From Terriglobia bacterium (GTDB taxonomy: Bacteria > Acidobacteriota > Terriglobia > 2-12-FULL-54-10), in NCBI GenBank assembly GCA_963666975.2, contig CAXVYR010000004.1, positions 1,696,001 to 1,760,000 of the forward strand: a DNA stretch of 64,000 nt, read 5' to 3'. A program made the translations under genes and the position numbers. This document shows, piece after piece, positions 50,959 to 60,591 of the stretch. Under the pieces are notes generated by a model. It had not been told where the DNA came from. It made no database searches and worked only from the letters and a program-made list of their open reading frames with translations. The stretch's first letter is position 1. Each line of letters opens with the position of its first letter.

Positions 50959-51500
50959 TCACCATATTGCAGCGACCCTCGTCTTCTTGCCGCCTCGCTC
51001 AATATAAACAAAAGCATGCTTCCGGCCAAATTCAAATAATTTACGCGTAAGCAGCACGTCGCACTTGCAATACCGTTCCAACGCCTTGATCTTTCGCTCC
51101 CGGTACAAGCGAATAGCCTGCAATCCATCCGCTCCTTTCTTTTCTTCCAGGGTTGTGGTTACCAGGTCATCCAGCTTCGGTCGAAAACCAAGGTCTCTTT
51201 CGCACCTTTTCATTATGTCCACTGTTTTATACCGTTTTCACAAATGGTGTAGACTCGCACGGGCCGAAATCCGAGCCGCGACTGTAAAGGAGCGACCACG
51301 AAACGTTGGTTGGCCGATCATCGCTGGATGGCCGCTCCATAACTGTCGCGGCTCTGACGGTCTACACCATTTGTGAAATTGCTCTAGGCCCAACAGGTCC
51401 TACCGCGCCATAGCGGTCCAGCACCAAGTAGTCGAATCCCAAGAGGTTGAAACACACAATCTGATCCGCTTTGTGAATCTCTTCCAGCAGCAAAGCCGCG
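50959..51500 (-). pseudogene. RNase H-like (YprB-type) exonuclease, split by a MITE and 5'-truncated
   Basis: FNLLGFDYLVL...GPKTVDIM...KLDDL...YCKCDV; frame is restored when the MITE is removed. Confidence 0.75.
51228..51386. mobile_element. MITE of the same TIR family, with TA duplication
   Basis: Perfect inverted core TTTCACAAATGGTGTAGAC; internal REP pair gagccgcgactgtaaaggagcg / cgctccataactgtcgcggctc. Confidence 0.8.
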
Positions 51501-51664
51501 TCCCGCGTTTGATCTCCCGGACGGCCTTCTCGACCGCCCCCCTGTCGTCTTGTTTTTGTCTCATCTTCGTTCCTTTCAGTCTCTACAATGAGCCAAAAAC
51601 TTCACCTTAACAATTACCCTCTTCCTGTACCCTCTTCCTGTCCAACAAGTCCTGACGGGGAACA
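51496..51664 (-). mobile_element. IS3 left-end remnant related to the element at 36655
   Basis: Reverse complement matches 36655-36811, including MRQKQDDRGAVEKAVREIKR. Confidence 0.85.
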
Positions 51665-51985
51665 GCGCCCGCGTATTTGGGGATGATCCGGGCTGCACAC
51701 CTGCCAGCATAAAAACGTCAGCGTCCCGGCGCGGTCCGCGTCGAATTCCATCTCCACGGTGTGCCCGGCAGGCACGTCCACCGGTCCGAGACGCAACAGT
51801 GGAATGGCGAAAGTATGAAGGACGTCGGCACTGCGCAGGTGCAACGCGACATGGTCCCCCTGTTCGAGTGAGATCTCCTCCGTCCGTTTGCGCTGTCCTC
51901 TCCAGTAGTTGTGGCCAACAACTTCCTCCTCGGTCCAGTAGCCGCCGTCAGCCACGGCGGTGAGCGTGATGAGCTTGCTGCCCGG
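51665..51985 (-). pseudogene. cupredoxin / cytochrome c oxidase subunit II-like fragment
   Basis: SADVLHTF...CWQVCSPDH CuA-like motif; cut by the IS3 end. Confidence 0.65.
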
Positions 51986-51999
51986 CGGGTAGTGACTGG

Positions 52000-52212
52000 C
52001 CGCGCTCGCCCGACAGCCCCAGGCAGGCGGAGCACTCCGCAGACGGCGATCGGCTGCTGGACGTGGAAGAGGCGGCGCGAAAACTGGGGGAATCGAAGGA
52101 CTACCTCTATCGTCACTCTGGCGATTATCCCTTCACGGTCCGCGATGGACGCAGCTTGCGATTTAGTGAGCAAGGGATCGAGAAATTCATCCGGCAGAGG
52201 GTGGGACGGTGA
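52000..52212 (+). pseudogene. excisionase-like HTH protein (start not evident)
   Basis: DRLLDVEEAARKLGESKDYLYRH...RSLRFSEQGIEKFI* just upstream of the integrase. Confidence 0.65.
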
Positions 52213-52301
52213 CCATTTTGCTTGAACAGGCAAGCCAAGACCGTTTAGGGTGCTTCCCCCTGGCTACGCTCCAGGGTAGCCGAACAAAGGAGGTATAACC
52301 G

Positions 52302-53423
52302 ATGCGGGGAATGGGCAGAATCTTTCAAATGCGTGGCAGCAAGAACTGGTGGATCGCCTACAACCACCGCGGGAAGGAAAACCGCGAGTCATGCGGATCG
52401 CCGGATCGTACAGAGGCCGAGAAACTGCTGAAGCATCGGCTGCGAGAAATCGGCGCGGACATGCTCGGTCTGAAGGCCTTTGTAGGACCCCAACAGGATC
52501 GCTTACTGGTCAAAGACCTGTTAGACGAACTGGAAGCGGATTTCAAACCTCGCCAAATCAAAGGTCTTCGACCAGCGGTCAGCCATCTGGATATCGTGCG
52601 CCGGGCACTCGGCGATCTGCGGGCCGCTAAACTGACAACTGCCACGGTGAACGACTATATAAACCAAAGACTGGAGGAGAAAAAAAAGCCAGCGACGATC
52701 AATCGCGAAACCGCGATGCTTAGCGCAGCGCTCCGGCTGGCATTCCGCCGCCGGCATATCAGCTCGGTGCTGGAGATTTCAAAACTGCGGGAGGACAACG
52801 CTCGGCAGGGTTTCTTCGAACAAGCGGAATTCGAGGCCGTGGACGAGCATATGACGGAATACCTAAAGGGCTTTGCTCATTTCGGCTACTTGAGCGGTTG
52901 GCGCAAGTCGGAGATCTCTTCTCTGCTATGGGTGGACGTGGACAGGCTCGGAAGGGTAATCCGCCTGCGCTCGCAGAATTCCAAAAACGGCGTAGGCCGC
53001 GTGCTGGCTTTGGAAGGCGAGTTGTGGGACATCATCGAGCGCCAGTGGCACGCACGGCAATATGAGCAAGAAAATGGAACCGTTGCCTTTTCACAGCATG
53101 TTTTCCATCGGGATGGCGCCCCCATCGGGGATATTCGGAAGGCCTGGGCTTCGTCCTGCAAGAAGGCTGAAGTTGAGGGGCGGCTCTTTCATGACCTGCG
53201 TCGGACAGCGGTTCGGAATATGATTCGGGCCGGGGTTCCTGAACGAGTGGCGATGTCCATCGGCGGCCACAAGACGCGCGCCATCTTCGATCGGTACAAC
53301 ATCGTCTCCGAGGACGACCTGCGCCAGGCGGTCCAGAAAACGCAATCCTACCTGAAGGGCGCTACCTCCAAAGCCAAGGTTGTCGTGTCGATCAGAAAGA
53401 AGAAAGCAGGAGGTTCCCGATGA
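52302..53423 (+). CDS. tyrosine integrase
   Basis: SGWRKSEI, KN, FHDLRRT, GHKT, RY catalytic residues; RBS GGAGG. Confidence 0.93.
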   Translation: MRGMGRIFQMRGSKNWWIAYNHRGKENRESCGSPDRTEAEKLLKHRLREIGADMLGLKAFVGPQQDRLLVKDLLDELEADFKPRQIKGLRPAVSHLDIVRRALGDLRAAKLTTATVNDYINQRLEEKKKPATINRETAMLSAALRLAFRRRHISSVLEISKLREDNARQGFFEQAEFEAVDEHMTEYLKGFAHFGYLSGWRKSEISSLLWVDVDRLGRVIRLRSQNSKNGVGRVLALEGELWDIIERQWHARQYEQENGTVAFSQHVFHRDGAPIGDIRKAWASSCKKAEVEGRLFHDLRRTAVRNMIRAGVPERVAMSIGGHKTRAIFDRYNIVSEDDLRQAVQKTQSYLKGATSKAKVVVSIRKKKAGGSR

Positions 53424-53542
53424 ACGTCGCTAGCAGAAGTCGGAGAGTTCTCGGAGAGTATGCCCAATTTTGATGCAATTTTGCCGCTTGGTTGATGGGG
53501 TTGATTTCCACTATCTGCGCAGTTATCATAGGCTTACCAAAA

Positions 53543-53584
53543 CACGCGCCTGTAGCTCAGCTGGATAGAGCGTTGGTCTCCGGA
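53543..53584 (+). other. att site: 42-bp direct repeat of the tRNA-Arg(CCG) 5' half
   Basis: Identical to 55920-55961; ends in the anticodon loop. Confidence 0.9.
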
Positions 53585-53887
53585 TTTAATCAAAACAACC
53601 CTCGCCCCTGTAACCCTATTCGGAATCAGTATGGCCCATTCGGATGAAGGTAGTCGTATTCGGGTAGTTTCGCGCCATTCGGCAGTGTTTTATGCAGTGG
53701 TTTATGCAGTGGCGAACCCCTGTGCTGACCAACAATCAAAACCAACGCTCAGGCTAAGTCGAAGTAGCGAAAGGCAGAATCGGCAGCGTGAGCGTTGGTT
53801 TCCCAATCCAACAATCACCTGCAAGACACTGATAATCAGCGCGTTATTTGACCTACTGCATAGAAGCTGCATTTTGTCGGGGGTTGC

Positions 53888-54337
53888 ATGACCCCCCGCA
53901 GAACCACCAAAAGGCCCTCCAGGGCGTACTCAAAGAGCGGGATTAACACGCTGAAAGGCGCTGTGAAGGTCCTGGGAGCCCGTGCGATAGACAAGCGAAC
54001 CAGCACAGGGAAAGCCCTTGCTCTGTGGAGGTTTGAGCTTGTGCAGGACCTTGGCGGAGCGGAAGCAATAAGCACCCAGCAACGGGCCGTTGTGGATTTA
54101 GCCGTGAAAAGCAAATTGATTTTGGACTCAATAGACAACTGGCTCTTGCAGCAGCCATCGTTAATCAATCTGAGAAGGCGGGCGTTACTGCCCGTGGTAA
54201 TTCAGCGACAACAATTGGCTGATGGCCTGTTGCGGGCGCTCGAAAAGCTTGGCCTGGAGCGGCGGGCGAAGCCGGTTCCGGCCCTGCGTGAATACCTGGA
54301 GGCGAAGTATCAGGCCGGGCCGGAGAAATCCGTTTGA
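53888..54337 (+). CDS. phage/satellite helical protein, possibly terminase small subunit-like
   Basis: IDKRT...DLGG...LEKLGLERRAK pattern; lies between the att repeats. Confidence 0.55.
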   Translation: MTPRRTTKRPSRAYSKSGINTLKGAVKVLGARAIDKRTSTGKALALWRFELVQDLGGAEAISTQQRAVVDLAVKSKLILDSIDNWLLQQPSLINLRRRALLPVVIQRQQLADGLLRALEKLGLERRAKPVPALREYLEAKYQAGPEKSV

Positions 54338-54400
54338 GGGCGTTCGCAGGGGGGGGTTGGGATTGGGGGGTACTTAGGTATGGCAACGGGCGCTGCGATG

Positions 54401-55516
54401 GGCGTTGGTGCATGAATCGGCCTCGGCTCCCCCGCTAGCATTGGCTCGGTGTCCCGATCCATCATGGAGATCAAGGGGGGCAACGTCATGGCCGCAGGGA
54501 AGTCGAGCCGAGTCAACCGCAAGTACAAGACGAAGTACAGAATCCGGAACTGGAGGGAATACGAGCGTGGCCTCAGGAGCCGCGGCGACGTCACGATCTG
54601 GCTGAACGAGGAGGTGATCGCCGCGTGGACACCGGCGAAGAACGGTCTCCGCGGAGGCCAGCGGCGGTACTCGAACCTCGCGATCTTGACCGCGTTGACG
54701 CTGCGGGTCGTCTTCCGCCTGCCGCTTCGCCAGACCGAGGGTTTCCTGGACTCGCTGCTCAGCTTGATGGACCTCGACCTCAAGGCCCCGGACCACACCA
54801 CACTCTCGCGCCGGAACCAAATCGTTGAGGTGCCGCCCCTAACCCGAGCCCACGACGGCCCGATCCACCTGATCGTCGATTCCACGGGGCTCAAGATCCT
54901 GGGTTGCGGCGAGTGGAACGCGCACAAGTACAAGGCATCCAAGAAACGCCGGGACTGGCGAAAGCTGCACATCGGAGTGGATGACGAGGGGTTCATTGTG
55001 GCGGCCGAACTCACGACGAGCAGCGGGGACGACGCCTCCGCCCTGCCGGATCTGCTCGACCAGATCGAGGTTCCCATCCGGCGTTTCACGGCGGACGGGG
55101 CCTACGACCACAGGTCGATCTACGATCAGGTCGGCGCGGCCGGTACAGAGGACGTCGTGATCGTGATCCCCCCTCGTCGCTGTGCGGTGGACGCTGGGCC
55201 CACGGACGGCCCGTGGGCGCAACGAGAAGCGGCTCTTCAGAGGATTCGTAAGATCGGACGACGAGAGTGGCAGAAGGAGTCGGGCTACCGACAGCAGGCG
55301 CGCGTTGAGAACGGGTTCTTCCGATACAAGTCAGTGCTCGGAGGAAGCCTGAAGGCGAGGAACAGCAACGCGCAAAGGAGAGAGGCCACGATCGGGTGTC
55401 ACATCCTCAACCGGATGGCCGAGCTCGGCAGGCCGAAGTCCTACGCCGTGCTGTCATGAACGAGGCGTTGGAAAAGCGGCCTGACTCGCGCCAAGGTTGA
55501 ATCGTGCAACAGCGCC
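54401..55516 (+). mobile_element. IS5-family (IS903-like) element, transposase 54488-55459
   Basis: TIRs GGCGTTGGTGCATGAATC / GAATCGTGCAACAGCGCC; NWREYE, PDHTTLSRR, DSTGLK, WRKLH, DGAYD; no TSD. Confidence 0.92.
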
Positions 55517-55911
55517 AAGCCCCGGTTTCAGTGATTGCCCCACTAGCAAGGATTCTAGAAGAGTATCTGAACGGTCGGGCAGAAGGTCTGATATTCAGAT
55601 CAAGAAGAGGAACGCCTCTGCATCTGGATAATTTAGCCAAGCGTAAAATCAGACCTGTTCTTGAAAAAATGGAGATTGGTTGGTACGGCTTCCACGCTTT
55701 CCGGCGCGGACTCGCAACAAACCTGGATCAATTGGGGGTCGCCCCTAAGGATATTCAGGCGATCTTGCGACACTCCGACTTTGAGACCACGATGAACCAC
55801 TACGTCAAGGCGGTCCCGGAATCGGCAAGGAAGGCAATGGAGAGCTTGGAACAGTTAATATGCAGTCAGTATGCAGTAAACGATGATGACAGGAAGGCTC
55901 AAGTTGTTTAA
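55517..55911 (+). pseudogene. tyrosine integrase C-terminal remnant
   Basis: FHAFRRGLAT, LRHSD, HY; N-terminus replaced by IS5. Confidence 0.85.
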
Positions 55912-55922
55912 AATGAAGTCAC

Positions 55923-55999
55923 GCGCCTGTAGCTCAGCTGGATAGAGCGTTGGTCTCCGGAACCAAAGGTCGGAGGTTCGAATCCTCTCAGGCGTACCA
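55923..55999 (+). tRNA. tRNA-Arg(CCG)
   Basis: Canonical cloverleaf, anticodon loop CT-CCG-GA, GGTTCGAATCC, CCA end. Confidence 0.97.
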
Positions 56000-56149
56000 T
56001 TCTTTCAAGGGGTTAGGGCTGAACGCTCTAACCCCTTAGTTGTTTCATCTAACAGCCATCTAACGATTCGGCGGGCATCGATTTAAAACGGGTGTATACT
56101 CGCAACCGCCGGAGGGCCCCAAAACTAATTCCGGCTAGGAGCATTCCTC

Positions 56150-57142
56150 GTGCAGGTGCGGCAGCTGGGAAGGAATGGACTCACCGTATCCTCCATAGGG
56201 CTGGGGTGTATGGGCATGTCAGCCTTATACGGGCCACGGGATGATCAGGAGTCCGTTGCGACTATCCACCGTGCCCTCGACCGGGGATTGCACTTTTTTG
56301 ACACGGCCGATGTTTACGGGCGTGGCCACAATGAAGAGCTAGTCGGTAAGGCGATCCGCAAGCGCCGGGGTGAAATCGTCCTGGCGACCAAGTTCGGCTT
56401 TATCCTGGGAAACGACGGCGGCTTGTCCGGTGTCAACGGGAGGCCGGAGTATGTTCGATCCGCTTGCGAGGCCAGCCTGCGCCGTCTGGGCGTGGACGTT
56501 ATCGACCTCTATTACCTCCACCGGGTTGACCCGAGCACGCCCATCGAAGAGACTGTGGGCGCGATGGCGGAACTCGTGCGGGAGGGCAAGGTTCGCTATC
56601 TGGGTTTATCGGAAGCGGCGCCCCGGACGGTCCGCCGGGCGCATGCCGTTCATCAGATAGCGGCTTTGCAAAATGAGTATTCCCTGTTCACGCGGGACCA
56701 CGAGGAGGAGGTTCTCCCCACCTGCCGGGAACTCGGGATTGGTTTCGTCGCCTACTGCCCGCTGGGCAGGGGCTTTCTCACGGGCCGGATCCAGAGCCTG
56801 AAGGATCTGGCAGCCGATGACATGCGCCGTTTCATGCCGCGTTTCGAGGAGGAAAACTTCCAGCGGAATCTCGAAGTGCTGAGGCGCATTGAGGCGATCG
56901 CGGCGGAGAAAGGATGTAAACCATCGCAGCTTGCTCTGCGATGGCTGCTGGCACAGGAGGAATCAATCGTACCCATCCCGGGCACGAAGCGGCGAACCTA
57001 TCTGGAAGAGAACCTCGCCTCGCTCGATATGGAACTCACCGCAGAGGAACTGACGCGCCTCAATGAGGCGGCGCCGCGTGGGGTTGCTTCCGGTCCGCGC
57101 TATGCGGCCCCCCTCATGCGGTTCATCCAGTCGAGCGGCTGA
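56150..57142 (+). CDS. aldo/keto reductase
   Basis: [33 protein letters not shown]. Confidence 0.95.
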   Translation: MQVRQLGRNGLTVSSIGLGCMGMSALYGPRDDQESVATIHRALDRGLHFFDTADVYGRGHNEELVGKAIRKRRGEIVLATKFGFILGNDGGLSGVNGRPEYVRSACEASLRRLGVDVIDLYYLHRVDPSTPIEETVGAMAELVREGKVRYLGLSEAAPRTVRRAHAVHQIAALQNEYSLFTRDHEEEVLPTCRELGIGFVAYCPLGRGFLTGRIQSLKDLAADDMRRFMPRFEEENFQRNLEVLRRIEAIAAEKGCKPSQLALRWLLAQEESIVPIPGTKRRTYLEENLASLDMELTAEELTRLNEAAPRGVASGPRYAAPLMRFIQSSG

Positions 57143-57640
57143 GACGCCTGCCGGAGGCCATTCAAGGTCTGTCAATGAATTTCGAGGCAGACTTAGTCCT
57201 TTGATTTAACTCAGAGTTGGAGCGGGCCACGCAGCATGTATTCGAAATGCGTCGCTCCGCACTTGCCGTGTAAAACCCTTCCTGGAAACTTGGGTTTTCG
57301 GGTGCAGAAACCATGTGGTTTTGAAACAGGTAGAACTGCTGGATTCGGGTATGAGGGATCAGCAACATAAGCGTCGCTTTTCATGCCCCCTTTTGGCACA
57401 CCTGTGCCAAAAACCTCTTCCACGATCACCCTTGATCTAGTTGAAAAAACTAACCCCTATGAGGGCAATTTATCTGTTCCAAAACCACATGGTTTCCACC
57501 CGCTAGTAAAGCTCAGTTTCCGAGTGCGCCGTCACACGGCCACTGAGCGGTTCTCAGGCCGTAAAACCGCTTCTTTGAAGCGGGGGCGATTATCTGGGAT
57601 ATGTCTTCACGAAGCTCTTACATCAACAAATTTCTTCCCA

Positions 57641-57853
57641 GAGTACCGCGACCAAAGGAAGTACGCAGAGGCCGAGCCGCTTTTCCGACGTGCGCTGTTG
57701 ATCGCGGAGAAGACCCTGGGGCCAGAGCATCCAAATGTGGCCCAAGTCCTAGAGAACTACGCGGACCTTCTACGCAAAATGGGGCGCGCAGAAGAGGCGA
57801 CAGAAATGGAAGCCCGCGCTCAGGCGATTCGGGCCAAGATTGCCCACCAGTAG
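57641..57853 (+). pseudogene. kinesin-light-chain-type TPR protein C-terminal fragment
   Basis: YAEAEPLFRRALLIAEKTLGPEHPNVAQVLENYA. Confidence 0.7.
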
Positions 57854-58070
57854 AACTTACCTCACAATAGAAATCTCGGCTGACACGACAGGGCAGGAGG
57901 CATAGGTTTTTGGGTGAGAGCAAGCTCAAAATGGATATTCAGGGTAATAGGCCTTTGGTACCATTGACTACGGCACTGCCGACCTCGCACACTCACACTG
58001 CCCCCCTCAATATCTGGTAAGGAAAGCTAAGGAAGATGGAAATTCCGGAAAAAATACCAAATAAGGAGAC

Positions 58071-59228
58071 TTGCAGATGAGTCGCTCTATTCGCACACTT
58101 CCACTTGTGCGCTCGGCCTTGCTAGGCGCGGCTGTGGTGTCACTCTTTACCCTGGCGGTCGCGGGTCAGCCGGGTGTCGGAACCTGGACCAATACGGACA
58201 GCTTGAAAACCGCCCGAGCGAGCCACACGGCAACGCTGCTGCACAACGGCATAGTCCTAGTGGCTGGGGGCTTCGCGAGTGATTTTTCGTCAGCTGAGCT
58301 CTATGACCGTCGGACCGGAATCTGGACCAATACCGGCAACCTGATCACCGGTCGGATACAAGGTCACACGGCAACGCTGCTGCAGGACGGCAGCGTGTTG
58401 GTTGCTGGGGGCCTCGGTTGCACCGGCTCTTGTGTGCCCGTGGACTCAGCTGAGCTTTATGACCCCGGGACCGAGACCTGGACCAATACCGGCAACCTGA
58501 ACACTGCCCGGGTCGAGCACACGGCAACACTGCTGCACAACGGTTTGGTGCTCGTAGCTGGCGGAATTCTTGTAGGAGGAGGCGGCGTCTCCTCCTCCGC
58601 CGAGCTCTATGACCCTCGGAACGGAACCTGGACTGATACCGACAACATGAACGCCACCCGGGAGGGCCACACGGCAACGCTGCTGCGGGACGGCATGGTA
58701 CTGGTGGTGGGCGGGCGTGGTGGGTCGTCGGCTGAGCTGTATGACCCGCGGACCGAAACCTGGACCAATACGGACAGCTTGAGTACAGTCTCGGTCTTCG
58801 AGGTCTTATCCCGGCACACGGCAACGCTGCTGTACAACGGTATGGTTATGGTGGCTGGGGGCCGCGTTTGCATCGGCTCTTGTGTGACCGTGACCTCAGC
58901 TGAGCTCTATGACCCTCGGACCGGGACCTGGACGGATACGGGCAGCTTGAACACCGCCCGAGTGGCTCACACGGCAACCCTTCTACGTAACGGCATGGTG
59001 CTGGTGGCTGGGGGCAGCGACACGGCACTTGGCTCTGGCAATATCGGCTTGGACTCAGCTGAGCTTTATGACCCCAGGACCGAGACCTGGACCAATACCG
59101 GCAGGCTGGACACCGCCCGAACGGTTCACACGGCGACGCTGCTGCGCAACGGTACGGTACTGGCGGCGGGCGGCTTTGCCATCACCTTTGTGCCAGTGCC
59201 AGCGGTCGAGCTGTTCCGCCCGCGCTGA
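58071..59228 (+). CDS. secreted Kelch-repeat beta-propeller protein
   Basis: Signal peptide; seven HTATLL-x-G-VLVAGG...SAELYDP-type repeats. Confidence 0.9.
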   Translation: MQMSRSIRTLPLVRSALLGAAVVSLFTLAVAGQPGVGTWTNTDSLKTARASHTATLLHNGIVLVAGGFASDFSSAELYDRRTGIWTNTGNLITGRIQGHTATLLQDGSVLVAGGLGCTGSCVPVDSAELYDPGTETWTNTGNLNTARVEHTATLLHNGLVLVAGGILVGGGGVSSSAELYDPRNGTWTDTDNMNATREGHTATLLRDGMVLVVGGRGGSSAELYDPRTETWTNTDSLSTVSVFEVLSRHTATLLYNGMVMVAGGRVCIGSCVTVTSAELYDPRTGTWTDTGSLNTARVAHTATLLRNGMVLVAGGSDTALGSGNIGLDSAELYDPRTETWTNTGRLDTARTVHTATLLRNGTVLAAGGFAITFVPVPAVELFRPR

Positions 59229-59239
59229 ATTGGACAGAT

Positions 59240-59340
59240 GCCGACTTCATCGAGTTCTATAATCACCGCCGCTACCACGAAGGCATCGGCAACGTGACGC
59301 CAGCTGACGTGTACTTCGGCCGGTGGGAAGACACGAGGCG
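59240..59340 (+). mobile_element. IS3-type transposase C-terminal remnant
   Basis: [26 protein letters not shown]. Confidence 0.65.
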
Positions 59341-59911
59341 ACAGAACGGGAAGCCCGCGCTCAGGCCATCCACGCCAAGCACGCCCAAGAGAACCCGCAA
59401 GAATAAAGTGAAGGTGGTCAGATTGACCGGCTCCGGAATCTTGTACCAATTCAGGGTGAGTTTCCGGCTGTTCTGGGGCTTATCAGATCGCGGAGAGACC
59501 TCATTCCATTACCGGCCACTTGACGCCCGACTCCTAGAAATGCCCTTGGCCGGGCGCAAAATCGCAGTGCAAAAACGTCGCCTCCACGATTACTCCTGAG
59601 TAGTCGCCGACTCGGAAACTGAGCCGAAAAGATTCCCTTTCGGCACAAATAGCTCCGTCACCTGTTTGTGATTGTAATTCAACAAGTTGGCGGGATCAAA
59701 ATGCTTTCGGAGCCTTTTCGGACGGAATCAACCTATTGAAAGCTCGCTCCAACTGGGAAGATCTGCCATAAATTGGCCAATCGGAAAAGTTCTGAAATCG
59801 TCCACTAGGGCGTACCATAAAAATCATTAAGTTACGGTCAATTCATGCAAACCCATTTGGGTTTGATAGGGTTCGATAAGATCGTTGGTCATTGCAGAGA
59901 ACCCCAAAAGG

Positions 59912-60522
59912 GGCACTGTCAAGTTAACGGAGCCAAGCCGAGATTCTTCCCCAACGACAGGAGTCCTGCAATTCCTCAACAGACGCACGTCACCTCTTTC
60001 CAATCGGAAAAAGCCCGGGCTCGGAGGAGTCGATGAAGAGCGGCCTTAAGATGATGACGACCGACTCGGAACAGATTCTGAATGGGTCCGCGAACGGAGA
60101 GAAAACGTTGGGCCTGTACTATTGATTTAAACCGTTTCATCTGGCGTTCTTGCTGACGCGTTGGCTGATGCGAGACTTCAGCCCGGTTGTTCTCGTATTG
60201 ACCGGTGCGATGAACAACGGCAGGAAAGATCTCCCGATGTGCAGCCGGATAACTTCGAAGCTTGTCGGTGATCCGTTGCCAGGGTGCTTGTCCCTGATGT
60301 TTCAACATCTTACGAAAGAAGCGCTTAGCGGCTCGACGATCTCTACGCTTGGTGACTATCATATCGACCACGTCTCCATCCTGATCGACGGCTCGAAAGC
60401 TCAGCGTGAACCGATGGTACAGCCAGACAGCGTAGTTGATGATTTCAGGGGGAAAGCGATGCCCTCGATACATTGATTCCATCCGTCAATTGTGCCTGAC
60501 TCTGTCTTAACTTGACAAAGTT
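59912..60522 (-). mobile_element. internally deleted IS6-family element (ORF 59976-60482)
   Basis: TIR GGCACTGTCAAGTTAA / TTAACTTGACA; YRGHRFPPEII fused directly to RAVDQDG; TDKLRSY, NNRAEVSH. Confidence 0.85.
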
Positions 60523-60591
60523 ACCAAGAGGTTAGAAGATTCGGAATTGACGGAAACGAGAAGTCGTGGCGAATGAAAAGATGAATACGAG

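Noticed and set aside
58170-59180. ~150-bp periodic repeats
   Set aside because: Explained by the Kelch repeat coding sequence
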